Positions 38,597 to 49,182 are shown, counted from the first letter of the stretch. The stretch: DNA of 64,000 nucleotides from an uncultured Verrucomicrobiota bacterium (GCA_903939515.1 CAJAHH010000015.1:7058-71057), one strand, 5' to 3'. Program-made: numbers and translations. Notes: generated by a model from the sequence alone, not told the origin.

Positions 38597-41500
38597 CTAT
38601 TGAACTCGGAAGTAGCGAGTCTGACTCAGATTCGCAGGAATGAGTGCTGGGCTGCCCGTGACTCCTTCCACCACGGTATAGGGGCCTTGGATCGACGGCG
38701 ATGCCGTCAAGACGCCTGCTCCGGTCCACTCGAGCTTCACAAAATTCCCTTGCAGGAGAATTGTGAGCTTTGATCGCGGGCTGACCTTGGCAATGCGGAA
38801 TCCCTGATTGACGCTCGCTCCTCCATTGCCAATGGCATTGTCAGCGCGCACGGAAGCGGCAATTCGGGCCGCGTTATTGCCCCAGCTCCCGCCACCCCGC
38901 CGTGGACGCGTGTCCCCGGTGCGCAGTTCCATCCATTCCCAAAGACTGCCCGCCTGGTTAAAAGTCCCGTAATAACTGGATGCCAATGGGTAGGCACCTT
39001 CGTTGGAGGGACCGGACGGCCCACCCGTGTCGCTCAGAAAGCTAAGCGTAAACTGATTTCCAGAGCCCTCCTGATAGTTGAGCAACGCGGCATTGCTGGT
39101 GCGATTGGGATAAAGCCAATAACCACCGGTGGCGTCCTTGGTGGGGTCGTAGTAGGCCGCCTTGTACCATTCGTCTTCGTTCGGAAGAACGAACTGCGCT
39201 TCGGCCGTCCGTGGACTCACAACGTCATAACCTGTCAGTATATAAGAACCCGTCTCGGTCGCAACCGATTCTCCAGCTCCGTTATTTAACCAATTAACGA
39301 ATCGGATGGCATCGACGGCTGCCACCATGTAAACGGGCGTCTTTTCCCCACCTTCCTTGACGGTGTAGGTGTACTTGCCGTCATCCCCGTCTCGGGTGAT
39401 TTGCATGCCCCCATCCCACAAAGAATTCGGGTCGGTTTTGGCATTGGCATTCAAGAAGATGGCGTAGTCGGAGTTATTCACTTCGTACTTGCCAATTTGA
39501 TACTCGTAATTAACTGCGCCCTGACGGCCAGATCCATTCGAATAGTCCTGATCCGCCGGATTTCCGGGATTCCCGACGGTGACAAATTCGGGCCGTGGCC
39601 GGAAAATCCGGGCCATTCGAAAGCCCTGATTAACACTCGCGCCACCGTTGCCGATCGCGTTATCCGCACGGACCGATGCAGCCACACGAGCGGCGTTGTT
39701 GCCCCAGCTTCCGCCACCCCGCCGTGGACGCGTGTCCCCGGTGCGCAGTTCGATCCATTCCCAAAGGTTGCCGGCTTGGCTAAAAGTCCCATAGTAACTC
39801 GACGCCAATGGGTAAGCGTCCTCGTCGGTCGGTCCGGACGGACCTCCGGTGTCGCTCAAAAAGGAGAGAGTGAACTGATTGCCAGCGCCTTCCTGATAAT
39901 TTAAAACCGCCGGGTTGCTGGTCCGGTTCGGATAGAGCCAATAGCTGCTGGCGCCTTCCTTAGTCGGGTCATAATAGGCCGCTTTGTACCATTCGTTTTC
40001 GTTGGGCAGGAAGTAATCTGCCTTAGGATTGCGGGGACCGACGACATCGTAGCCAGTAAAAACATACGTGCCGGTTTCCGTATCACTCGAGTCCCTTGAT
40101 CCGTTATTCACCCAGTTCACATAACGCATGGCGTCGACCCCAGCGACCATATAGGCTGGCTTCTTTTCCGATCCCTCTTTCACGGTATATGAATAAGATC
40201 CATCGTCACCGTCCCGGCTGATTTGCATCCCGGAATCCCAGAGAGAATTAGGATCGCTCTTGGCCTTCGCATTTAAGAAGAGCGCATATTCCGTGTTGTT
40301 CACCTCGTATTTACCGATTTGATAGGTGTAAGCGACGGAGCCCTGAGCACCGGATCCGTTGGAATAGTCTTGATCGGCTGGATTTCCAGGGTTCCCAACG
40401 GTCACAAACCGTGCCTGATCGGATTCGGAGGCCTTGAACGTCTTGGTACTGTTGGCGGCAATTAAATTTCCTGTGCCTGCAGCAAGATCCCGGACGCCTT
40501 TCACCGTCAGCGTATAAGTTTTTCCCGGAGTTTGCGCGGTCGTCGTCAGCCGGACCGTCGACGCACTCAGGCTTATTACTTCCACGATGGTCAGCCCACC
40601 GTCGAGTTGGTAGTTACCAACCAACTCAGCGGTCTGGGTCCGAACGGGCTCAGAGAATGTGACGGTGGCGTAGATGTAGGCTGAATTCCCGACCACACTT
40701 TGAAGGGTCGGAGGAGCGGCATCTGCCGTGACGTTCAGCGTCGCTGCAGCGGTCGGTTGGCTGAGTCCCGGGAGCAAGAAAACCGCCCGGTACTGAGCTC
40801 CGTTGTTAGCGAGTGGGGCCAGTGGCGTGGTGTAATTGGATGCGCTGGCTCCCTCAATAGCCACCCCGTTGACTTCCCATTGCACTTGGAGGCGATCGGC
40901 CGGTGCACCGCTAACGGTGGCCGCAACAGGTCCAAACTTGGCCGTGCGATTTTCGACCACACTGAGATTGGTGGGCGATTGGGTCACCTGGATAGTCGCA
41001 TTCTCGTAGGGAGCAATGACGGCCACTTCGGCCAGCGAAAAATATCCGTCACTGGTCGTGCGGGGGCTTTGGGCCTCAAACCGAACGTGTCGCCCCTTGA
41101 TGCCCGGAGGAAGATTGAAGGCGACCGTGCCTGGGGGCCGACCGCGGTATTGATGACGAAAGACTTCCTTCCGGTTTCCATCGAGGATTAGCAGCCGAAA
41201 ATCGTCGTTTCGTACCCCGCAGGAATTAAACAACGCCTGGCATTCATCCGCGGTCAGGGTTCGAAACCAGACCTGAAGGCGGCCAATGTTCTGGGTCGTC
41301 CCTAGATCAACCTCTAACCAACCGTCATCCTCCGGAACCTTATTAATTGTAACCGACCCATTGTTGAAGAATCCGTCGATATCTCCGTCGTTCGCCAGAT
41401 CCGCCGAACCGCTACCCTGCCAGCCCGGGCTGCCGAACTCGTTCAGATCAGCGTCCGCTGGAGTCGATGATTGGGTGGCCACTCCGGTGAGGGCGAGATT

Positions 41501-41959
41501 GACTTCGTAAAACGGGGTCGTCCCAGTCAGCGTCTTGGCAGCCAGCGCATTTCCAGCGAGGTCTTTGAGGTCCCGTACGGTGAGCGAGTAAGCCGTTTCA
41601 GATGCAGGCGCCGGTGATACTTCGAGAACCACTTTCGTAGCTCCGGTCTTGAAAGAGCCATCCGGATCGAGTGGATCGTCCAATACTTTGGCACTAACGG
41701 CGACCCTTGCGCTCACGATGCTCGATCCAGAAAAACTATAGTGTGAGGTATCTTTTGCAGAGACCTCGTCCATGGGCTCATTGAAATACACGGAAATCCG
41801 TGTCGACGTTTTATTCGCAGCACCCTTGCTTATAAAGGGCGACAAAGCATGACGGCTCAGTTCGGGTGGGGTGAGGTCGCCCTGGGCCTGGGCGAAAAGC
41901 GTCGTTGCCAAGCCGACGATTCCGGTGAGTGCACGGATTCTAATCGTTGTGAATTTCAT
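38597..41959 (-). CDS. Secreted multidomain protein: Ig-like, F5/8-C/fucolectin-like, Ig-like and two tandem FGE-sulfatase-fold domains
   Basis: Signal peptide; V.FNEP...V.DLAGN; NLAL...ATQSST...WLEVDLG...SLAEV; two copies of FVTVGNPGNPAD...IGKYEV...LPNE.EWYKAAYY...AG.LWEW...RGG.W...GFR; C-terminal YFRV. Confidence 0.85.
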   Translation of the reverse strand: MKFTTIRIRALTGIVGLATTLFAQAQGDLTPPELSRHALSPFISKGAANKTSTRISVYFNEPMDEVSAKDTSHYSFSGSSIVSARVAVSAKVLDDPLDPDGSFKTGATKVVLEVSPAPASETAYSLTVRDLKDLAGNALAAKTLTGTTPFYEVNLALTGVATQSSTPADADLNEFGSPGWQGSGSADLANDGDIDGFFNNGSVTINKVPEDDGWLEVDLGTTQNIGRLQVWFRTLTADECQALFNSCGVRNDDFRLLILDGNRKEVFRHQYRGRPPGTVAFNLPPGIKGRHVRFEAQSPRTTSDGYFSLAEVAVIAPYENATIQVTQSPTNLSVVENRTAKFGPVAATVSGAPADRLQVQWEVNGVAIEGASASNYTTPLAPLANNGAQYRAVFLLPGLSQPTAAATLNVTADAAPPTLQSVVGNSAYIYATVTFSEPVRTQTAELVGNYQLDGGLTIVEVISLSASTVRLTTTAQTPGKTYTLTVKGVRDLAAGTGNLIAANSTKTFKASESDQARFVTVGNPGNPADQDYSNGSGAQGSVAYTYQIGKYEVNNTEYALFLNAKAKSDPNSLWDSGMQISRDGDDGSYSYTVKEGSEKKPAYMVAGVDAMRYVNWVNNGSRDSSDTETGTYVFTGYDVVGPRNPKADYFLPNENEWYKAAYYDPTKEGASSYWLYPNRTSNPAVLNYQEGAGNQFTLSFLSDTGGPSGPTDEDAYPLASSYYGTFSQAGNLWEWIELRTGDTRPRRGGGSWGNNAARVAASVRADNAIGNGGASVNQGFRMARIFRPRPEFVTVGNPGNPADQDYSNGSGRQGAVNYEYQIGKYEVNNSDYAIFLNANAKTDPNSLWDGGMQITRDGDDGKYTYTVKEGGEKTPVYMVAAVDAIRFVNWLNNGAGESVATETGSYILTGYDVVSPRTAEAQFVLPNEDEWYKAAYYDPTKDATGGYWLYPNRTSNAALLNYQEGSGNQFTLSFLSDTGGPSGPSNEGAYPLASSYYGTFNQAGSLWEWMELRTGDTRPRRGGGSWGNNAARIAASVRADNAIGNGGASVNQGFRIAKVSPRSKLTILLQGNFVKLEWTGAGVLTASPSIQGPYTVVEGVTGSPALIPANLSQTRYFRVQ

Positions 41960-42345
41960 GGGGTTATTGGAGTGATCGGAATTTGTTTTTGTGTAGAGGG
42001 TAAAAATGAATATTATTCATCATATTTCCTGCGCTAATTAGGTGGGTGCAAAACTCCCAAACATGGGAATCCTCTGGGTCTTTCTGGGGAATTTTTTTGA
42101 GCTACTGCTCCCTGATCTCACTTTGCAACCGAAATCTAAGTGTCTCGTAATCGCCCTGTTGCCTGATAAGAGACTGCCACCTTCGTCTGCCAGCACCCAC
42201 GGGTGAGCAAGGGGTGCGACAGCGTGCTGGCTCGTCCGTTGGTTTATAGGCGCGCTGCTCCTTTTTCTTGCAGGCCAAGTTCAACCGTCAGAAAAGCCCA
42301 GACTTTCAGTGACTGTTTGCAGAAAATGTTTGAATCGTCAGCCTG

Positions 42346-45324
42346 ATGCCGATGCAAAGACGGACCTTTTGCCAAGTGGTCGGGCAGGCCTGCGTTGCGG
42401 CCTATATCGGACCGGTCGGCCTCGGAGCCAGCACTGACAACAAGGGGCGTCCATCCGCAGCATCCCAGACTCTAAGGGTCGACCAAAAACCGGTCGATGA
42501 GGCCTCTGATTGGGCGACGATTTCGACGCTGCTGGAGGACGCGTCGTCAACCTACCACGAGCCGTGGGACGACGCCACGAACCGCACCCTGATGAAGGGC
42601 GCTTACTTGGGAAACGGAGACCTCGGCGCCCATTTGGGTGGATCCCGGCACTCGCTGATTTACTACCTAGGCAAGAATGGATTCCACGCCGGAAACGACA
42701 CCGTCGGGTTCCGCGCAGGCGACGATTCTGCGCCAGGTCCTTACAAGCAGCACATTTTAAATCTGGCCCGGTTGACGATCGAGGCTGCGGCGGAAACCGC
42801 GAAGGCCGATTCGCCATCGGACTATTCCGTCACCCAAGACCTGAAGAATGCCGAGATCCGAACCGAGTCTTTTATGGCCGGCGCTTCGGTAAAAACACGG
42901 GCCTACCTGTCGCCCTCCAGCAATGTGTTGGTTTTGGAGTTGTCCACGAGCGGCGAGAAGGATCTCCGCCTGCAGGCCGCGCTTTCAGTCATCGGCAATG
43001 CGTCCGTCGCCCAGCGTGCTGGCAGGGCCGGGTCGATGATTTGGGTCACCAAGGAACCCAACGCCGAAGGTGCTCCCTTTTACGTGAAGGGCGCTGTGGT
43101 GGCCCAAATCCTCGGCACTTCCGCCGTGACGGCCACCGACAACCGTTCCCAATCCCAACTGACCTTCACGCTGCCCGCTGGCGGCGGGGTTATCTACTTG
43201 GTGGTCCAGGCCGAACACACCAAGGATGCCCCCTCACCTCTGGCTTCAGTGAAAAGGGCTCTGCGCCGCTGCACCCCCGCCCGGGTCGCTCTTGTGTCGG
43301 CCAGCAACAAGGCCTGGTGGCGGCAGTTCTGGCTCCGGTCGTACATCCGGTTGGGCGATCCGATTCAGCGCTACTGGTACAATCATCTCTACCTGGTGGG
43401 TTCGGCCGCACGCAGCGGCAACGACAACGGGCCGGGCAAGGCTCCAGGCCATTGGGGGCCCTGGAATCGAGCGGATGACATGAAGTGGTTCGGGAACATG
43501 GGGATGAACTACAACGCCCAAAACCCCTACTACGGAACCTTCACGGCGAACCACGTCGATCTGGTCGATCCGTATGTCGAGACCATCCGATACTACGCCG
43601 ACAACACAGCCCGACGGCGTGTGATCCACCGATGGGTGTCTCCGGAAATCGCAGCACACATGCCCGCGAGCTGCCGGGGCGTCGAGTTCGAGGGTTCGTT
43701 CACATCCCACGGCACCCCCTCCACCGCCGGAGGGACTCAAGGAGGTGAAGATTGCTGCATGGCCACCAATGCGGTGTTCGCCATTCTGCCGATCGTGTGG
43801 AAGTGGAAATACGGTCGGGACACAACCTTCCTCGCCAAGACCGCCTACCCGTTGATGCGGTCGGTCGCCGATTTTTTCGACGACTACATCGGAGCCCCCG
43901 TGAACGGCCGATACGAGGTGTACGGATCGGTCCACGAGGGGGCCAACTGGTTCGCCAAGAATGACATGTTCAGCCTCGGCGCGATCCGGTTCCTGTACCG
44001 CGAGATCGTGGCGGCCAGCATCGAGCTCGGGCGCGATGCCGACCGGCGGGCCCACTGGCAGGATATCCTAGACCACATGAGCGAGTACCCGCTCCAAGCT
44101 TGGGGCTCGAAAGTCACCTTCCGGCCCGACGCGGTGCACGACGTGATGGAAGCGCTGCATTACCAAGGCGGTGCGCGGAACACCGGGGTGATGTTCACCA
44201 CCACCTTCGACAACATCGGAGCCCGGACGTTGCCGGCCTACCGGCTCGCCACGTGCAACACGCTCGACCGCGGGAACATGTTCCACCCGCAGCGCTGGTG
44301 CGGTTGGCAAAATGGCAACGACTTCGGAATGATGTTTGTGATGGCTGTCCGCGCGGGCTACCAGGCCGATCGGGTGATTCAGGCCATCAAGGGCTGGAAA
44401 CCCGAACCCAATGGCGTCGTCTCGCAGAAAGATGGGGGTGGCATTGAGACGGCCGGAATCATCGAGGCCATCAACGGGATGCTGTTGCAAAGCCAAGACG
44501 GGGTGATCCGTATCTTCCCCAACTGGGATAGGTCTGTGGATGCCGAGTTTCAGCGACTACGGTCGGTCGGCGCATTCCTCGTCGGAGCACGATACCGGGC
44601 CGCAAGTCGGATCGTGGACTCGGTGCGGATCTTCAGCGAACGCGGCAATCCCTGCGTCGTGCAAAGTCCTTTTGACGGAGCCTGCATCGCCGTCACCCGG
44701 GCGGACACCGGGCAATTAGTGTCGCTCGTCCAAGATGAAGACGAGTTCACCTTCCGCACGACGGCCGGAGTCACTTACCAGATAGCCCGCACGGACTGCG
44801 CGCCCATTGCTATCGGTGCTCCGGTCATCACCACTCACCCGGCCGATACAACGGTGGGTTTGCCCGAGGCGACCTCCTTTTCGGTGTCGGCCACGGGAGA
44901 CGGTCTCCGGTTCCAATGGCAAAAGAATCGGGCCGATATCCTGGGTGCGACACACCCCACCTACACCACCCCGGCCACGACGCTGTGGGACATCGGCAGC
45001 GAATACCGCTGCGTGATCTCCAACGCCTCGGGTGCCCTTCGAAGTCGCCCTGGAACCTTGAACTTGGCCAGCGCTCCGAAGTCGGATCGACACCCCATTC
45101 TCGGAACGTGGTCTTACCGCCACGCCGGTCGGGACTATTCTCGGGAGTTCACTCCCGACGGCCAATGCATCCTCCGCGAAGGCAGCAGCATCGGCTGGAC
45201 CAAGGCCTACTCGGTGAGCGACGAACGCACGGTCCTAGTGGAAGGAACCTTGCGCCATGTATTGACGGCCCCAGACATCCTAGACATCGAGAGCACCTTC
45301 ACCGGAAAGCGGACGTCCCGATGA
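42346..45324 (+). CDS. Tat-exported GH95-like glycoside hydrolase with C-terminal Ig domain
   Basis: RRTF Tat motif; LGNGDLG, MNYNAQNPY, IE.AG.I..IN.MLLQS.DG.IRIFP.W and F..LRS.GAFLV; Ig domain APVITTHP...FQWQKN...YRCVISN. Confidence 0.75.
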   Translation: MPMQRRTFCQVVGQACVAAYIGPVGLGASTDNKGRPSAASQTLRVDQKPVDEASDWATISTLLEDASSTYHEPWDDATNRTLMKGAYLGNGDLGAHLGGSRHSLIYYLGKNGFHAGNDTVGFRAGDDSAPGPYKQHILNLARLTIEAAAETAKADSPSDYSVTQDLKNAEIRTESFMAGASVKTRAYLSPSSNVLVLELSTSGEKDLRLQAALSVIGNASVAQRAGRAGSMIWVTKEPNAEGAPFYVKGAVVAQILGTSAVTATDNRSQSQLTFTLPAGGGVIYLVVQAEHTKDAPSPLASVKRALRRCTPARVALVSASNKAWWRQFWLRSYIRLGDPIQRYWYNHLYLVGSAARSGNDNGPGKAPGHWGPWNRADDMKWFGNMGMNYNAQNPYYGTFTANHVDLVDPYVETIRYYADNTARRRVIHRWVSPEIAAHMPASCRGVEFEGSFTSHGTPSTAGGTQGGEDCCMATNAVFAILPIVWKWKYGRDTTFLAKTAYPLMRSVADFFDDYIGAPVNGRYEVYGSVHEGANWFAKNDMFSLGAIRFLYREIVAASIELGRDADRRAHWQDILDHMSEYPLQAWGSKVTFRPDAVHDVMEALHYQGGARNTGVMFTTTFDNIGARTLPAYRLATCNTLDRGNMFHPQRWCGWQNGNDFGMMFVMAVRAGYQADRVIQAIKGWKPEPNGVVSQKDGGGIETAGIIEAINGMLLQSQDGVIRIFPNWDRSVDAEFQRLRSVGAFLVGARYRAASRIVDSVRIFSERGNPCVVQSPFDGACIAVTRADTGQLVSLVQDEDEFTFRTTAGVTYQIARTDCAPIAIGAPVITTHPADTTVGLPEATSFSVSATGDGLRFQWQKNRADILGATHPTYTTPATTLWDIGSEYRCVISNASGALRSRPGTLNLASAPKSDRHPILGTWSYRHAGRDYSREFTPDGQCILREGSSIGWTKAYSVSDERTVLVEGTLRHVLTAPDILDIESTFTGKRTSR

Positions 45325-45487
45325 GAGCCAGGGGTTCGTGCCACGAAGCCCGCCGAGTATCCAACTGCGCACGAAACCGCGCCGACGAACCTCAGGCTTT
45401 TACCAACCGCGTGCAGGGACTCGGGTGATAAACGGTGAAAGGCGTTTGGCAGGAATCGCTTTCCTAGAGACCCTAGTACCACACCGC

Positions 45488-46411
45488 ATGAACCGCTTCC
45501 TCCTGACCGGCTCCCTGTTCCTCGCCAGCCTCATGACCACTCCACGCTTGGCCGCCGCCGAATCCCGACTGCTCGCACCGGGCGCCCGCGTCGAGAAGCT
45601 CGGAGGTGGGTACGAGTTCACCGAAGGCCCGGCCGCCAATGCGCGCGGCGACATTTTCTTCACCGACCAACCCAACGACCGCATTGTCCGCTGGGACGCC
45701 CAAAGCGGCACCTTCTCCGATTGGCTCAAACCCTGCGGGCGGGCCAATGGCACGTACTTCGATGCCCGAGGCAATCTGCTCACCTGCTCCGACGAATTGA
45801 ACCAACTGTGGTCAATCTCGCCCGACAAGACCGTGACGGTGCTAGTGAAGGACTTCGGCGGCCGACTGCTCAATGGACCCAATGACCTGTGGGTCCGGCC
45901 CGACGGTGCTCTCTACTTCACCGACCCGCGCTACCCGCGCCCCTACTGGAAGCGCGACCCCAAGACCCAACAGGCGGGAGAGCACGTCTATTTCCTGGAT
46001 GCGAAGCACGCTAGCGCGCCGAAGCCGGTGGCCACCGACCTCAAGCAACCCAATGGAATCATCGGCACACCCGATGGCAAAACGCTGTACGTGGCCGACA
46101 TCGGCGCGGGCAAGACCTACGCCTACGACGTGCAACCGGGCGGCGAACTCGCGGGCAAACGCCTCTTCTGCAACCTCGGCTCAGACGGCATGACGCTCGA
46201 CGCCGAAGGCAATGTGTACCTCACCGGCAAGGGAGTGAGCGTTTTCGATAAAGCCGGCCAGCAAATCGAACACCTAGATATCCCGGAGGGTTGGACCGCG
46301 AATGTCACGTTCGGCGGCACGAACAACGACCTGCTCTTCATCACCGCCAGCAAGTCGATTTATGGCGCCCGGCTCCGGGTGAAGGGTGCGGGTCGGGTGG
46401 TACAGAAGTAG
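45488..46411 (+). CDS. SMP-30/gluconolactonase family protein
   Basis: FTEGPA, RANG, LNGPNDLW, YFTDP, PNGI, GSDGMTLD and ANVTFGG; likely start ATG 45488. Confidence 0.92.
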   Translation: MNRFLLTGSLFLASLMTTPRLAAAESRLLAPGARVEKLGGGYEFTEGPAANARGDIFFTDQPNDRIVRWDAQSGTFSDWLKPCGRANGTYFDARGNLLTCSDELNQLWSISPDKTVTVLVKDFGGRLLNGPNDLWVRPDGALYFTDPRYPRPYWKRDPKTQQAGEHVYFLDAKHASAPKPVATDLKQPNGIIGTPDGKTLYVADIGAGKTYAYDVQPGGELAGKRLFCNLGSDGMTLDAEGNVYLTGKGVSVFDKAGQQIEHLDIPEGWTANVTFGGTNNDLLFITASKSIYGARLRVKGAGRVVQK

Positions 46412-46524
46412 GCTTCCCCGCCGGGAGGCTTGCGAGTCTGGCTTGCGAGCCGTGCGACGCGTCGTGTGATTCGTCGCCCAAGGATTGACGCCAGCCCCCA
46501 CCCGCGGAAACGTGCTGTACTCGA

Positions 46525-47520
46525 ATGGATTCGATTGAACAAACCACGGACGTGCTGGTCATCGGTGCGGGAATGGCCGGGCTCATCGCCGCGGCCGAAT
46601 TGCAGCAGGCCGGCCGCAGTGTGAGGGTGCTCGACAAGGGTCGCGGTGTGGGCGGACGCCTGGCGAGCCGACGAATCGAGAGCGCAACCTTCGACCACGG
46701 AGCTCCGGGCTTCAAGGCGAGCGATCCCTGGTTCATCTCCCAGGTGCTACAAGCCCGCCTGAACGGGGCCGTGGCCCCCTGGACACTGGACGCCGCCGAG
46801 GTTCACCCCGACCTCCGCAGTTGGCGCGGAACGCCCTCGATGTCGGCCGTTCCCAAGCAATTGTCTCGAGGGCTGGACCTGCAGTTGGAAACCACGATTA
46901 CCCATTTGCATCCCCATGGGGATCGGTGGCTCGCAACCACAGCCTCGGGACACACGTTCGCCAGCACATCCGTGGTGCTGACGGCTCCGGTGCCTCAAGC
47001 CCTGGCACTGCTCGACGCCGGCGGATTCGGGCTGGCACCCGAACTCCGGTTACGCCTCGACGCCATCGAGTACGAGCGCTGCCTCACGGTGATGGCAATA
47101 CTGGACGGCCCCTCGCGCATCCCGTCTCCGGGCGGCGTCCTTTTTAACCGGGGCTCCATCGCCTCCATCACCGACAATCAAGCGAAGGGGATTTCCGCCG
47201 AACCCGCCGTGACTCTCCATGCCACGCCGGCCTTCAGCTTCGAGCATTGGGATCACGACCGACTTGAAAGCGGACGCCTTTTGCTCGCGGCGGCCGCGGA
47301 CTGGCTTGGCGCAGGAGTCCGAACCTTCCAAGTCCACGGTTGGCGCTACAGCCAACCCAAGATTCGTGACAATGAACCGTGCCTGCTAGTAAACCTCGCG
47401 CCTCCGCTGGCGCTGGCCGGTGATGCCTTCGGAGGCGTTGGTGTCGAAGGGTCTGCGCTTTCCGGCCGGGCCGCGGCCCTCGCCATCCTGGCCCTCAGAG
47501 CGAGTCCGCAGCGGGCTTAA
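46525..47520 (+). CDS. Renalase-like FAD/NAD(P)-dependent oxidoreductase
   Basis: VIGAGMAGL, DKGRGVGGRLASRR, FDHGA, TAPVPQ, HGWRYSQP and AGDAF...VEGSALSG. Confidence 0.88.
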   Translation: MDSIEQTTDVLVIGAGMAGLIAAAELQQAGRSVRVLDKGRGVGGRLASRRIESATFDHGAPGFKASDPWFISQVLQARLNGAVAPWTLDAAEVHPDLRSWRGTPSMSAVPKQLSRGLDLQLETTITHLHPHGDRWLATTASGHTFASTSVVLTAPVPQALALLDAGGFGLAPELRLRLDAIEYERCLTVMAILDGPSRIPSPGGVLFNRGSIASITDNQAKGISAEPAVTLHATPAFSFEHWDHDRLESGRLLLAAAADWLGAGVRTFQVHGWRYSQPKIRDNEPCLLVNLAPPLALAGDAFGGVGVEGSALSGRAAALAILALRASPQRA

Positions 47521-47538
47521 ATCTATCCGCCTCAATCG

Positions 47539-48636
47539 TCACGACGACGGAGGAAACACCCAGAGCGAAGGCCGCCCGACATTGCAGTGAACGGCTCGGC
47601 CGAGCAGCGTGAACGAGGCCCACGAGTAGTAGAGATTGCTGCGGGCGAGATTACCGGCGACGAACCCCGGGGGCGAAAAGGCGAGCCGTTCCAAGCGCGT
47701 TTGAGCCGACGGGATCGGATAGAAGATGTTCTGGATGGCGGCCCGGGGGCTGCCGTCTTCACCGGTGAATTGAGGGAAGAGGCGAATCCATCCGCGCGGG
47801 TCGGCGCCGGCATCGGCCGCGGCCCGGTCGGCGGCAAAGACTGCGCCGCGGCTCACGGTGGGCATTACGAGCAAACTTAAGAAGGTCCAGAGGGTCATCC
47901 AGCAAGCATGTCCCATCAGGGCGAGGCCCGGCGGCCGATCGGCGAAATTGAAGGCTATCGTGCCCAGGAATGTTCCCAGCAGGTTCCAAAACAGGATCAA
48001 CAGGAACGCTCGGACCGGCAGACCCTGGGCGATTTGCCATCGGCGGCGGTACAGTTCAGCGGCCCTTTCCGCCGCCGGCAACGCGTCCATCCACCGCGCG
48101 GGCAAGAGACTCTTCGCGCGGCGCCCCCAGCCGACGATGCTGCCGGTGAAGGCAGGGTCTTCGACCGGAGTGGCCAAAAGGGTTTCCCCACTTTCGAGGG
48201 TCACTTCTCGGATCGATGCCCCGGCGATCATCCGGTGCAAAAGGCTTCGTCCGAAGGCCAATGCCACCGTCGAAAGGACCAACCCAACGCAAAAGCCTCC
48301 GGTCCACTGCAAACTCATCATCCCCACGAGGCCGACTCCTGCCAGAACCAGCGAGTGGGCGACGATGCCCCGAACCCAGCGGCGCAGAAATTCCAGCGGC
48401 TGCGGGTGCCGAGTTGGAATCAGCACAAAGCCGCCCACAAAATCGAACACCGCTTGGATCGATACGATCGCCAGCCCAATTCCTACAGCGAGCCCCAGCG
48501 GGAAACTGCTGGATCCACCGTCCGGATTGCCTGCCAACCACCCGAGGCCGGAGATCGCGCTCAATACCCAGAATCCCACGTTGGTAATGCCCAAGCTCAG
48601 TCGACGGCGTGCCAGGGCGGATTGCTCGGAGGTCAT
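47539..48636 (-). CDS. Polytopic membrane protein resembling peptidase M48/Ste24 but lacking HExxH
   Basis: Several TM segments; FTGSIVGWGR, SRGAVFAADRAA and FYPIPSAQTRLERL parallel the M48 landmarks. Confidence 0.65.
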   Translation of the reverse strand: MTSEQSALARRRLSLGITNVGFWVLSAISGLGWLAGNPDGGSSSFPLGLAVGIGLAIVSIQAVFDFVGGFVLIPTRHPQPLEFLRRWVRGIVAHSLVLAGVGLVGMMSLQWTGGFCVGLVLSTVALAFGRSLLHRMIAGASIREVTLESGETLLATPVEDPAFTGSIVGWGRRAKSLLPARWMDALPAAERAAELYRRRWQIAQGLPVRAFLLILFWNLLGTFLGTIAFNFADRPPGLALMGHACWMTLWTFLSLLVMPTVSRGAVFAADRAAADAGADPRGWIRLFPQFTGEDGSPRAAIQNIFYPIPSAQTRLERLAFSPPGFVAGNLARSNLYYSWASFTLLGRAVHCNVGRPSLWVFPPSS

Positions 48637-49182
48637 CGGCGAGCCCCTTCCGCCCGGCTTTCATGGAAGGATTGCGGCTGCGCAGGCAAGAAAACCGACG
48701 GATCGGGCTTCCGACCAGCGATCCGGCACGCTTTACCCACCGTCCTGTTAAAGTGCTTCATTGGGTCAACTTCCCTCAGGTGGAATGAAGTGCAACCTAA
48801 GAGCATTTCCGACATCCACCCTCCTCCGAACCCACCACCTCGGAGCCTCGGTCAATGCGGACCCATGGGAACCCTCCGACTTGGGAGGCTTCGCCGAGCC
48901 TCAGGAAATCGAAACAACTCCGCGGAGGGGTAGGACCGTTTTTGTCCCAGCGGTCGGATACCGTGTGCTCATGAACTTTGGAATGCAGACGTGTTTGTTA
49001 CCGACTCCGGCCCGTTCCCCACGGCGAAGGGCGAGAGTGGCTCGTCACCTCAAAAGGCGCCCCTGCTGCGCGCGTCCGCTGGCGAGGCTTTGCAATAGGT
49101 ATGTTGTGATTGGGATCTCGTGATCGGGTTGCTTTGTAATCCAGACGGCCGAATCCTTCGTGTTCGCTGACTGCACGCACCC

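Noticed and set aside
38780..40420. Diversity-generating retroelement TR/VR pair in FGE (CLec-fold) domains
   Set aside because: Both copies are in-frame coding domains. Differences are mostly synonymous and not adenine-specific, and no reverse transcriptase is in the window.
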